A stretch of DNA of 64,000 bases from Candidatus Obscuribacteraceae bacterium (GTDB lineage: Bacteria > Cyanobacteriota > Vampirovibrionia > Obscuribacterales > Obscuribacteraceae). Below are positions 39,721 to 49,111 of this stretch, piece after piece. The translations under genes were made by a program, and so were the position numbers. The stretch lies in the NCBI GenBank assembly GCA_044226015.1, contig JBGAHS010000011.1, positions 210,601 through 274,600 of the forward strand. Reading direction: 5' to 3'. Under the pieces are notes generated by a model. The model was not told where the DNA came from. It was given only the letters and a program-made list of their open reading frames with translations, and made no database searches. Within the stretch, counting starts at the first letter, position 1; the number at the start of each line of letters is the position of its first letter.

Positions 39721-40785
39721 ATGCACGAATTTACCGGTGGCGAATTCATAATCATGGGCATTCCTGGCGAAACTCTGGACCAAGCTACTGCTGACATCAT
39801 CCAGAAAGTTCAGCCCGCAGGCTTTATTTTGTTTGCTCGCAACATCAAAACTCCCGAGCAACTTCGCAAGTTGACCGACGAATTGCGTGCTTCAGTCAAG
39901 CACGAACCCATCATCACAATCGACCAGGAAGGCGGTCGGGTCTCACGCTTGAAAGAGTTCATGAGCGAGCCACCAAGCGCCAAGAAATTGACCGAGCACG
40001 GTGATGTCTCTTTGATCAAAAAGCATGGAATGCTGACTGGCAAACTCTTGCGCTTGTTCGGATTCAATGTGAATCTGGCCCCAGTGCTTGACACCCTTGT
40101 AGACGAAAAGAACGAAAACTCTCTCAAAGACCGTACGTATGGAACCAGTTCTGATGAAGTTATTCGCAACGCTAGCGCTTTTGCTGAAGCAATGATGACT
40201 GAAGGAATTCTCAGTTGCGGTAAACACTACCCTGGCTATTCACATGCAAATGTAGACCCGCACAATCACCTGCCAACAGTTGACCGCAGCCTGGAAGAGC
40301 TGCAAGGTCTGGAGTGGGTTCCATTCAGAAAGATGCTTCCGATTGTGCATCTCTTAATGGTGGGTCACGTTTCCTATCCTAAAGTTGACCCATCGAATCT
40401 TCCAGCTTCACTCTCTCGCAAAGTGGTTCACGACACGCTGAGAAAAGAATGGAACTTCACTGGTTGCACCATCACCGATGATATGGATATGGGTGCAATC
40501 AAAACAAAATACGGCAGCGCCGAATCAGTCAGAATGGCACTGGAAGCGGGCAACGACCTGATGCTTGTTTGTCACGCTGTCGAAGCCGTTCCCGAAATCG
40601 CTAAGGCACTACAATCAGTTTCACCAGCAGTGCTGGAAGAATCATACGCAAGAATTTGTGAAATGAGAAAACGATTGCAGCCGCCTACACCATTCTCTCT
40701 TGATGCATTGAAAGAGCTCGATGCACAAACCAAAGAAATGAGAGACATCGTATTTGGTGCCGCAAAGGAAACAGCAGCGGTTTAG
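39721..40785 (+). CDS. nagZ: Beta-N-acetylhexosaminidase (GH3)
   Basis: FILFARN, IDQEGGRVSRL, NLAPVLD, KHYPG...DPH, TDDMDM. Confidence 0.88.
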   Translation: MHEFTGGEFIIMGIPGETLDQATADIIQKVQPAGFILFARNIKTPEQLRKLTDELRASVKHEPIITIDQEGGRVSRLKEFMSEPPSAKKLTEHGDVSLIKKHGMLTGKLLRLFGFNVNLAPVLDTLVDEKNENSLKDRTYGTSSDEVIRNASAFAEAMMTEGILSCGKHYPGYSHANVDPHNHLPTVDRSLEELQGLEWVPFRKMLPIVHLLMVGHVSYPKVDPSNLPASLSRKVVHDTLRKEWNFTGCTITDDMDMGAIKTKYGSAESVRMALEAGNDLMLVCHAVEAVPEIAKALQSVSPAVLEESYARICEMRKRLQPPTPFSLDALKELDAQTKEMRDIVFGAAKETAAV

Positions 40786-40800
40786 CCAGCACAGCATATC

Positions 40801-40820
40801 GGGTGCAAAGCACCCTTTCT
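40801..40820 (+). terminator. Small terminator-like hairpin between convergent genes
   Basis: GGGTGC-aaa-GCACCC-TTTCT. Confidence 0.5.
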
Positions 40821-40857
40821 ACGGATAATCGAATCTATTGAACAGACGAAGGAGCAA

Positions 40858-43011
40858 TCAGCGAGATTGCTCCTTTTCTGTAAGTTTCTTTTCTTTAGCG
40901 TAGAGAGGAACTCTTTCCGGATGCTGAATTTCCTTCGCTTCAGTTTCGTACACTTGCGCAGCCGAAATCTGTTTGTGGTCTCTCAAGAATTTGGCAAGCG
41001 AAACGATGTAAGGCAAGGTTTCAACATTGCCTTTGCCGAAATCATTTTCTGCCATCTCAAGCGATGATCGATAATACGACTCTGCTTCCTTTGTGTTTTT
41101 TGCAGCGTCATAAACCTGAGCAATTAAGTAATTCACTTCCAAAACGGCAGGTGCCTTCTCGCCGAGTGCCTTCTTCCGTGCCTCAAGAGCTGTTTTGAAT
41201 ATTTTCGTTGCCTTATCAGCTTTGTGTTGCAGGTAATAGAGTTTACCGAGTGCGACCATAGTCTCAATTGATGGCAACGCGGCAGGTCCAAGCTTTTCTT
41301 GGCGGCTGCCCAAAACTTCTTGCAAGATTGACTCTGCCTGAGCATAGTTACCTGCAGCCTGCAAGAGCAGTGCCTCGGCTTGCTTCTCACCAGTAATTAC
41401 ATCGATAGGCAAAATCACATTGGAGTGAGCAAAGGAAGCCTTGATCTTATCTAAAGTAGTCTGGGCTTCTTTTAGTTGATTTGCACTGTATTGAACTTTG
41501 AACAATTGAATGTATGAACGGTACAAGCGCTCAGTGGACTCGCCACTAATTCGTTCTGCAATTTCGATGGAATTTTTAGCATGTATTTCAGCTTCGCGAT
41601 TGCGCCCAGCGACAAGCTCTGCTCTTGAAAGAAGTTCAAATGTGGTGGCATTAACTTCCTCATCTTTTGCTTTTGCACCCTCTTCAATCTCTTTTGCTTC
41701 GCGCAAATCTGTTATGGCCGGTGAATAAAGCCCTCGAGTAATATTGAAGTACGAAATTTCATTCAAGGCTCGGGCCAGTCTTATGTCAGGCTTCGGAAAT
41801 TTTCTCGCCTCTTTTACAGCAGCGTCATAGCTCTCAGTAGCCTCTTCAATTTTTCCTTCAGCGAAGGCTTTCTTGGCAGAATCAATTCTTGCTTGCAAAA
41901 TGCCATTGTCAGCCATTCGGCTAGTCAAATTTACTACGTAGCTGCCACCAAATAGAAGAGCAAATAATGCCACAGCAACAATAGAAATGGTTGTAATCAA
42001 ACGAACCGGAGACTCTTTACTCTCTTTGACTCTCTGCTCTGCCTTTTGCAAGCCCACAGGAATGATGGTTCGTCTTTCGCGTTCCTCAGGGTCGATATCT
42101 TTCTCGATATCTGACTGCAAATCAGACACGAACTGATATCGCTGTGTCGGATCTTTGTGCATGCATTTGTCAATGATGGCAAGCAAGCGCTTTGGGAATT
42201 CCTTGAGGTCTTTTCTGACCACTGGAATTGGCGTAGGCTCAGATTCCAGATGCATTTTCATCACAGCTTCTTTGCTGGCGCCAAGGAATGGTACCTGTCC
42301 ACTGAGCGCTTCGTACATCATGCAACCGATCGAATAGACGTCAGATCTTATATCAACGTCAGAGCCCTCATAGCATTGCTCAGGGCTCATGTACGCAGCT
42401 GAACCGATAAACTCGGCTTTCGATTGCGGTGTCCGGAGATTGATACCAAGCTTGTTATACAGAGACATCAAGCCGAAGCCAGCAACTTTGACCGTGTACT
42501 CATCTTCCCCTGTTTGCGCAATAATGATTCGGCTGGGCTTCAGTGTTTCGTGGAGAATACCCTGCTCATGCGCGTATTGAACGCCTTTGCTCAGCTGCCC
42601 AAAAACCGCACCAGTTTGAAAAGCATCAAGTCTGTTTTGCTGAACAAGAATTTCAGCAAGGTTTGGACCATATATATTCTCTAGCACTATATACGGTAGA
42701 CCCTCTTTAAGAAGACCATGATCAAGAACACGAGAAATGTTGCGATGGTTCAAGCCCATCAGTCGCTTCACTTCTTGCTTGAATCTTTTGTACTGATAGT
42801 CATTTTCGTCTAACACTATCGTTCTAAATACACGAATAGTGACAACGGACTCTTTTTGTTCGTTTGCAGCAAGGAATATTGCATCATTTACATTCTTGCC
42901 AAGCAATTGATCAATTCGATATCGATTTGGAAGAATGCGACCGACTTGAGAAAGAACGATTTTCTCAAATCGATCGTCGGTTATCTCAGATGAATCATCG
43001 TCAAGCGTCAT
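40858..43011 (-). CDS. Hanks-type Ser/Thr kinase-fold protein (predicted pseudokinase) + TM + C-terminal TPR
   Basis: Kinase scaffold retained (LNHRNI, YMSPEQ, SDVYSIG, DPTQRY) but VAIK>VTIR, HRD>HET, DFG>GFG; TM ISIVAVALFALLFGG; TPR tail. Confidence 0.88.
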   Translation of the reverse strand: MTLDDDSSEITDDRFEKIVLSQVGRILPNRYRIDQLLGKNVNDAIFLAANEQKESVVTIRVFRTIVLDENDYQYKRFKQEVKRLMGLNHRNISRVLDHGLLKEGLPYIVLENIYGPNLAEILVQQNRLDAFQTGAVFGQLSKGVQYAHEQGILHETLKPSRIIIAQTGEDEYTVKVAGFGLMSLYNKLGINLRTPQSKAEFIGSAAYMSPEQCYEGSDVDIRSDVYSIGCMMYEALSGQVPFLGASKEAVMKMHLESEPTPIPVVRKDLKEFPKRLLAIIDKCMHKDPTQRYQFVSDLQSDIEKDIDPEERERRTIIPVGLQKAEQRVKESKESPVRLITTISIVAVALFALLFGGSYVVNLTSRMADNGILQARIDSAKKAFAEGKIEEATESYDAAVKEARKFPKPDIRLARALNEISYFNITRGLYSPAITDLREAKEIEEGAKAKDEEVNATTFELLSRAELVAGRNREAEIHAKNSIEIAERISGESTERLYRSYIQLFKVQYSANQLKEAQTTLDKIKASFAHSNVILPIDVITGEKQAEALLLQAAGNYAQAESILQEVLGSRQEKLGPAALPSIETMVALGKLYYLQHKADKATKIFKTALEARKKALGEKAPAVLEVNYLIAQVYDAAKNTKEAESYYRSSLEMAENDFGKGNVETLPYIVSLAKFLRDHKQISAAQVYETEAKEIQHPERVPLYAKEKKLTEKEQSR

Positions 43012-44750
43012 TTAGCAGACTCCAACCGTGTTATGGCATCCTTTGCTTGTTTTGAGTTGTCACCAGATAAGCCCTGAGACAAACTTTGTTTATAGTACTT
43101 CAGAGACGATGCCGAATCACCTGTTTTCTCACACGCCTCAGCAAGTGCAAAACACAATTCTGGACCTCGCACACGTTTATCAACGGCTTGCTTCAATATT
43201 GGCAAGGCTTCAGCCGCTTTGTTTTCCCTCAAAAATAAGCTGCCCAACTCGTACAAAAGTTCAGGGTCATTCTCAGCTGTTTTGAGTCCTGCTTCGAGTT
43301 CTTGCTTCTCAAGAGATGTGTTGCCATCATGACTAGCTAATTTTGCCTGAGCTAACTTCAATTCAGAGTCGTTAGGTGCGGCCGAAGAAGCTTTGTTGGT
43401 GAATTTTCTAGCACTCTCAAAGTTGCCCGCTTTCAAATCGCAAAATGCTTGGGCTAGATTAGCGTTGGGTTCATCAGCATCGGCACTGATGGAGTCGCTT
43501 GCGCATTTGATGGCAGCGGTGAGAGCGTCAGCGCGACTCTGGTCTAGCAACAACGCGCGTGCCTCAATTCCAAGGGCTGCAGACTGAAATCTTTTGTCAG
43601 CACCAGCGGCTCGTGCTTCATTTATCGACTCAGTTAACAATCCTTCTTTGCGATGAATCTGAGCCAGAGCAAGATGTGCCAACGCTTGAGGAATTTTATC
43701 AGCCTGTGCTCCTCTGGTGTCAGCCCCGGTGGCACCATCAAGCGTTTCTGTGGCAGCTTCAAAATCACCTTTTTGAACTTTTAGAATTCCATTTGCAAAC
43801 ATCACAAAACCTGATGTCGCATTGATCTTGCTTGCACTTTCGATGTCACTTAAAGCTTCCGAACTTTTACCGATATATAACTTAGATAGCCCTCTAAGAG
43901 CGAGCGCATCTGAGTTTTTTTCCTTCTCAAGAATTTTGTCCGCCGTGGCTTCGGCAGACTTATACTGATGCTTCATAAATTGAGCAATGAGTAAACAGTT
44001 CATCGGACCAATTGAATTAGGGTAAGCTTTGATGACTGTTTCACTGGCATTAATTGCATCATCAAAGGCACCAATTGCGATGGCTTCGCTGGCAAGCGAT
44101 TGCAATACTTCAGGAACCCCATCAGCTGCTTGCATCAGCTTCTTAAGTTCTTTTCGTGCCTGGGAAATACGCCCCTGTTTTTTCAGGTTCTGAACTACAG
44201 ACAGTCTTATTGCCTGAGTTGCTGGTTCCAAAACAGACGCCTTTTCAACGGCTGATTTAGCCTCCTCATCACGATGCAAACGCTTGTATAAATCTCCAAG
44301 TGCTGACCATGATTCATAACTTGCAGGATTGAGATTGGTTACTGATTCGAACTCGGTACAAGCTTGAGCATATTTTTCTTGCAATAGTAAAGTGTTGGCA
44401 TATTGCAAATGAGCAGCCTGAGAATCTGGCTGGGCGAGGCAAGCGAGAGATGCTTCGTTCTCGGCTTCTGCCATTGAATTTTTTCCCAATCTGATCAAAA
44501 TTGTGGAAAGCAACAAATGCAATTGAGAATTTTTTGGACAAGCCGCTGAGTTTTGTCTCAAAAGTTTTGCGGCATCTTCAAGTTGATTTGAAGCAAATAA
44601 ACTCGCCGCTTGAGAAACGCAAGACTTGCAGGTACTTTCATTGGCGACTTTCCCAGAACTTCTTGCATCGGTTTGAGCGATGAAAACTGTGCTTAGAGCT
44701 AGAACAGTCGTCATCGAAAACAGTAATTTCGAATTGGTTTTATTTGTCAT
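43008..44750 (-). CDS. Secreted tetratricopeptide repeat protein
   Basis: Signal peptide and many TPR-like helical repeats; stop overlaps the kinase start. Confidence 0.85.
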   Translation of the reverse strand: MTNKTNSKLLFSMTTVLALSTVFIAQTDARSSGKVANESTCKSCVSQAASLFASNQLEDAAKLLRQNSAACPKNSQLHLLLSTILIRLGKNSMAEAENEASLACLAQPDSQAAHLQYANTLLLQEKYAQACTEFESVTNLNPASYESWSALGDLYKRLHRDEEAKSAVEKASVLEPATQAIRLSVVQNLKKQGRISQARKELKKLMQAADGVPEVLQSLASEAIAIGAFDDAINASETVIKAYPNSIGPMNCLLIAQFMKHQYKSAEATADKILEKEKNSDALALRGLSKLYIGKSSEALSDIESASKINATSGFVMFANGILKVQKGDFEAATETLDGATGADTRGAQADKIPQALAHLALAQIHRKEGLLTESINEARAAGADKRFQSAALGIEARALLLDQSRADALTAAIKCASDSISADADEPNANLAQAFCDLKAGNFESARKFTNKASSAAPNDSELKLAQAKLASHDGNTSLEKQELEAGLKTAENDPELLYELGSLFLRENKAAEALPILKQAVDKRVRGPELCFALAEACEKTGDSASSLKYYKQSLSQGLSGDNSKQAKDAITRLESAK

Positions 44751-44952
44751 TTTCTCAGTATAGTAAGGCTAATTTATTTTTCCCGGGGCCCAGCCCCTTG
44801 TACCCTATCCGGTCACAATTAATCTACTTAGAGTTCCGGCACTGACTGCGAGAAGCCGCAATTGCGTGCTCCGGCGGGGTCAGCGCTGATACAGTTTGCA
44901 GTAGAACGTTAACTTTCGGTATCATTGTTATCATCCTTCGAAAGAGACGAAC

Positions 44953-46035
44953 ATGGGCAAAGTCCATTTAACTCAACTTGTACTGTGCATTTTGCTCACG
45001 CAAGGTGCATGCAACATTTCAGCCTACGCAAGCAGCCTTGAGCATCAGTTTCGTGAAGGAGAGGAAGCGTTTGAGCAGGGTCGCCTCGGAGCCGCAGCCA
45101 GCTGCATGTCAGGAATTTTGTCGACCAATGCCCGCTATGCACCTGCTCACAATCTGCTCGGAAAGATTTATCAGAAGCAGAAGAAGTTTGACCTCGCTAG
45201 CAATGAATTCAAACTGGCACAAAGCGCAGACCCAAAATATGCTGAGCCAAAGTACAACCTGGGCATGAGCTTTTTCGACCAGAACAACTTTAAAGAAGCC
45301 GAGAAATATCTTGAGGAGGCTACTCACCTTGATGGCAAGAACGTTGTTTACATCTATCACCTGGGCCTTGCTTACGACCGACTCAACAAAAGAGAGAAGG
45401 CAATCGAATGCTTGCAAAAAGCTCTAAAAATCGAACCTCATAACGCTGACGCTCACTACAGCCTCGGCAGAATTTTCCAAGAGCAGAAAGACACGACAAA
45501 CGCTATAAGCCAATATCAGCAAGCAATTGCGGACAACCCGCGTTATGTGGAAGCTTACAACAACCTGGGTGTTGCTTATCAATCGGTTGGCAGGGTTGCA
45601 GATTCGGTAGCTGCATTTGGAACGGCTCTCAAATTAGACCCTAACTGCGCCGAAGCTCAACGCAACCTGGGGTATGCACACGCGCACATAAGTCTGGGCA
45701 TCACGTATTTCAACCAGGGCAATTTCGCGAAGGCCTTCGAAGAATACAAAACGGCTCTTAAAATAGACCCCACAAATGCCGATGCGCACTACAATTTGGG
45801 CATTCTGTTTCAACAGAGGGGCGAAATCAATCAAGCAGTAGCACATTATCAGGCAGCGCTAAAATCTTCGCCCGAAAATGCGAAAGCTCATAACAATCTC
45901 GGCGTAGCGTTGGCAAAAGTGGGTAGGTTGGATCTTGCAGAGGCTGAGTATAGGGAAGCCATAAAACTAAACCCTAACTACAAGGACGCAAAAGATAACC
46001 TGGACGCACTCCTTTCTGCAACTGGAAAGAAATAA
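44953..46035 (+). CDS. Tetratricopeptide repeat protein (exported)
   Basis: Canonical TPRs (AEPKYNLG, ADAHYNLG, AKAHNNLGVAL). Confidence 0.92.
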   Translation: MGKVHLTQLVLCILLTQGACNISAYASSLEHQFREGEEAFEQGRLGAAASCMSGILSTNARYAPAHNLLGKIYQKQKKFDLASNEFKLAQSADPKYAEPKYNLGMSFFDQNNFKEAEKYLEEATHLDGKNVVYIYHLGLAYDRLNKREKAIECLQKALKIEPHNADAHYSLGRIFQEQKDTTNAISQYQQAIADNPRYVEAYNNLGVAYQSVGRVADSVAAFGTALKLDPNCAEAQRNLGYAHAHISLGITYFNQGNFAKAFEEYKTALKIDPTNADAHYNLGILFQQRGEINQAVAHYQAALKSSPENAKAHNNLGVALAKVGRLDLAEAEYREAIKLNPNYKDAKDNLDALLSATGKK

Positions 46036-46048
46036 CGAGGTTGCATTC

Positions 46049-46540
46049 ATGACTGGCAAGAGAGACGGGTTAATCAGATTTATCACTTTATGTTTGGTAA
46101 CCTGCATGGGACTAAGCGCTTGCTCGCGGGGCAACCTGAGCGATGAAATTCCCGCCGGTCAGCAGCGCAATAACAAGGCAGAGGGATTTGTCGATGTTAA
46201 CAAGGACGACCCAGGGCAAGAGCTTAACGTCCAATCGGACATCGTTTATGGCAAGTACACGGTAATCGAATTTACCAGCCCCGGCTGCGGTGCCTGTCAA
46301 TCTATGCGCCCACTTATGGAAAAGCTGCATGAATTCAGACCCGATATTGTAGTCAGGTCTTACGATGTTAATCGCAAAAATGCAGAAGGCATTGATTGGG
46401 AGTCACCTCTTGCTCAAAAATACAAGATTCATTCTCTACCTGCTTTCAAGATATATAACAGCAAAGGTGTGCTGATTGCTGATGGTGACAATGCACGCGA
46501 TCAAGTTCGTCAGGTCGTTGAACATGACGAAATGAACTAA
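46049..46540 (+). CDS. Thioredoxin-like lipoprotein
   Basis: Lipobox LSAC; FTSPGCGAC (CxxC); cis-Pro loop SLP. Confidence 0.82.
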   Translation: MTGKRDGLIRFITLCLVTCMGLSACSRGNLSDEIPAGQQRNNKAEGFVDVNKDDPGQELNVQSDIVYGKYTVIEFTSPGCGACQSMRPLMEKLHEFRPDIVVRSYDVNRKNAEGIDWESPLAQKYKIHSLPAFKIYNSKGVLIADGDNARDQVRQVVEHDEMN

Positions 46541-46563
46541 TCAGACTAAACCATATCAGTCCA

Positions 46564-46630
46564 GCAGGCGAATCCTGTGCAGACGAATCCTGAGCAGGCG
46601 AATCCTGAGCAGGCGAATCCTGAGCAGGCG
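46564..46630. repeat. 4.5 x 15-bp tandem repeat GCAGGCGAATCCTGA
   Basis: Units at 46564, 46579, 46594 and 46609, partial at 46624; between convergent genes and 3 bp from the S53 stop. Confidence 0.92.
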
Positions 46631-46633
46631 TAA

Positions 46634-49111
46634 CTAAGCACCTTTCTTTTTCTGTTCTTCCGGAGCTTTCACGTTCATTGGAAGGAAACGGATATCGGAA
46701 CCGGTTTTTAGTTCAGGTGGAAGAAGGTTAGTGATTCTGGTAGCGAATGACTGACCTTCTCCTTTGTATGCTGCAAGCAACTTCTCGCCATTTACAGAGC
46801 CCCAACCTGTGACAGCATCCCAACCGGAGTTGGTGTTATAGCCATTGTTGGTACCAGATGTAATGTCATTGAAAAATGGAGCAGTACCAGCCATTCCATT
46901 TTTGTACAAGAAAGGATTCATAAAGCCGACCTGACGTGTTCCACCCAAGCCTTCATTCAGCCTGACAGCTAGCGCTGAGTAGAGCGGCGCAACTGCCGAG
47001 GTTCCACCAATGATTTGTTCGCTGCCACCGACTCTTATTCGGTAACCGGTAACAGGGTCGGCATTACCAGAAATGTCTGGAACACCACGCCCTGGCACGC
47101 CAGTTTTATTGGCATTCTCTGGAATCTTCAAACCAGTTTGATAATCGGGAACAGCATCAGGACTTACGCCACCACCACCGGCGCCGCGCCCTTCACCATT
47201 GTTCCAGGCAACCTCTCCAAGTCGCTTGCCATTTTGAATCGTCAAGCGAGTGCCACCAGTACCGGTGACATAGGGATCTGCCGCCGGATAATCAACCTGG
47301 AAAGTGCGACTTGGCGAAGCATCTCTTGCGCCGTCATCACCCGAGGCAGCAAATACAGACAGCCCCTTCAATGCAGCTTTCTTGAAAGCCAGGTTCATGC
47401 CACGTTTTCCCTGGTCGGTCCAAGATTCCATTGGTGCGCCCCAACTTATGCTTATTGCCTGGTTCGGGTTCTCTCCTTTCTCAGGGAAAGTAGCTCGCGT
47501 TACAGCGTCGATGAAACCTCTGTCACTGTTTGGCGCAAATATAACGGCTTGCTTAGCGTTGGGCGCAGCAGCTCCGATTACTTGCGAGTCAAGCGCCACT
47601 TCACCATCAGCACCAGGTTCGCGACCCACGTTTGTTTTGGCACCGTTGACACTTATAACTTTGATATCTGGCATTGGCAAGCCATGAGCTTTGTAGTACG
47701 CAGCTTCATTTTTCAAGTCAATGCCACCACCCATTTCGATGACAGCCACACCTTGCCCTTTACCAGTGGTGCCTTTTGGAAACTCGTATGCCTCAGCTAC
47801 TTCGTTGGGCATGTAACCAGATGCTTTCTTGGGTTCAACCGGCGGCGGATTACCAGCATCGCCAGCTGGTGGAGCCTCGGGACCTCTGGGCTGAACGAGT
47901 GAATTTGGTCTTACAGTGCTTGGGCTTTCAGCAGGACCCAGAACCTTTGAATAGAAATTTGCCTGGGGTCTTGTGTCCATGCCGTAGATTCCTTCGATAT
48001 GGCCACTGAGAGAATTCGGCACAAAGAGACTTCCCTCACGCCCTCTGAACGACATTCCATTAACATCGAAATTTTCTAACTTGGTCTGAAAAGCGTCACT
48101 AAAGTTAGCGGTTCTTCCACTCAATACTACGCGACCTGAACGCAAATCAGCCTCAGAAACATTCAGTCCGTGCTGTGTAGCGAACTTCTTCACTTCTACC
48201 AGTGATTCTTCGGTCGCACCGAATTTTTCTAAAAACTGCGTGTCACTTAGCGGAGACTGCCTTCCCAAAGCAATTCTCTTCAAAGTTCTGTCCATGGAGA
48301 GATCAGTTCCTTTGGACTTCAGTTGAATAGTCACATCCATCGCAGCATTTGGATCAACAGGTTCAGCTGTTTTGGTGGCACCCAGAGGAGCGGCTCCACG
48401 CTCTGAACCATAGAATCTTTCCGTTCCTGTTCTAGGAGTAAAATTCAATGACTGTGCTGTTCGCAATGATTCAGATGGAGTAGTCACGCCGATGGCATCA
48501 GTAAACTGGTTACCTTTCTTTGCTATACCATCCCAAAATGCTTGTTTTGCGTTTGCAAAACCATCCATTCTTTCCGAAAGAAGAACGCGCTCTGCCCCTG
48601 CAGCACCTAGCTTGTAGCCAGCACCTGCAATTGCAGAATTGACAATGAAAGACCCTCCGATGTCGCCGAGGTTTCTGCCTGCGAGATTGATGTCATCCAT
48701 CGTTTTTGCATGTCCGACAAACTTATAAGTGTTGATGACAGGCTCTGCAGATTTATAAGTAAAGTAGGCACCAAGGGCGACACCAGCAATTTTTCCAGCT
48801 GAACCAGTTTCCGGCAAAACCGTCTTCAGAACGATTCCCATAGCGGCAGCACTTGCAACCGTTTCCAGGGCTTTCATAGGATGATCAATGTTGTCCTTAA
48901 CAGCATGAACAACACCTGCTGGAACATTCTCCAGCCCCTTTAACGTAGCCAAACCATATTTGCCAATCAGGCTGTTAGGAGCAGCAACAGCTCCAATAGT
49001 CTGGTCTCCACCAATCATTTCCTTTGCTAACTTGTTGATCAGAGCTTCCTTCTCTGAATCTGCAGCAGCATTTTTGCTGAGACTCGCGTCTCCCGCAAAC
49101 TTCTCTGTCAT
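46634..49111 (-). CDS. S53 (sedolisin/kumamolisin) peptidase with long N-terminal extension
   Basis: Pro-domain, GEVALD (E-D), SISWG, ASGDDG, GVPDIS, GGTSAVAP (Ser), GWDAVTGWG; GGAGG RBS before ATG at 49111. Confidence 0.92.
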   Translation of the reverse strand: MTEKFAGDASLSKNAAADSEKEALINKLAKEMIGGDQTIGAVAAPNSLIGKYGLATLKGLENVPAGVVHAVKDNIDHPMKALETVASAAAMGIVLKTVLPETGSAGKIAGVALGAYFTYKSAEPVINTYKFVGHAKTMDDINLAGRNLGDIGGSFIVNSAIAGAGYKLGAAGAERVLLSERMDGFANAKQAFWDGIAKKGNQFTDAIGVTTPSESLRTAQSLNFTPRTGTERFYGSERGAAPLGATKTAEPVDPNAAMDVTIQLKSKGTDLSMDRTLKRIALGRQSPLSDTQFLEKFGATEESLVEVKKFATQHGLNVSEADLRSGRVVLSGRTANFSDAFQTKLENFDVNGMSFRGREGSLFVPNSLSGHIEGIYGMDTRPQANFYSKVLGPAESPSTVRPNSLVQPRGPEAPPAGDAGNPPPVEPKKASGYMPNEVAEAYEFPKGTTGKGQGVAVIEMGGGIDLKNEAAYYKAHGLPMPDIKVISVNGAKTNVGREPGADGEVALDSQVIGAAAPNAKQAVIFAPNSDRGFIDAVTRATFPEKGENPNQAISISWGAPMESWTDQGKRGMNLAFKKAALKGLSVFAASGDDGARDASPSRTFQVDYPAADPYVTGTGGTRLTIQNGKRLGEVAWNNGEGRGAGGGGVSPDAVPDYQTGLKIPENANKTGVPGRGVPDISGNADPVTGYRIRVGGSEQIIGGTSAVAPLYSALAVRLNEGLGGTRQVGFMNPFLYKNGMAGTAPFFNDITSGTNNGYNTNSGWDAVTGWGSVNGEKLLAAYKGEGQSFATRITNLLPPELKTGSDIRFLPMNVKAPEEQKKKGA

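Noticed and set aside
47015..47902. 295-aa plus-strand ORF
   Set aside because: Antisense shadow within the S53 peptidase gene; no recognisable motifs.
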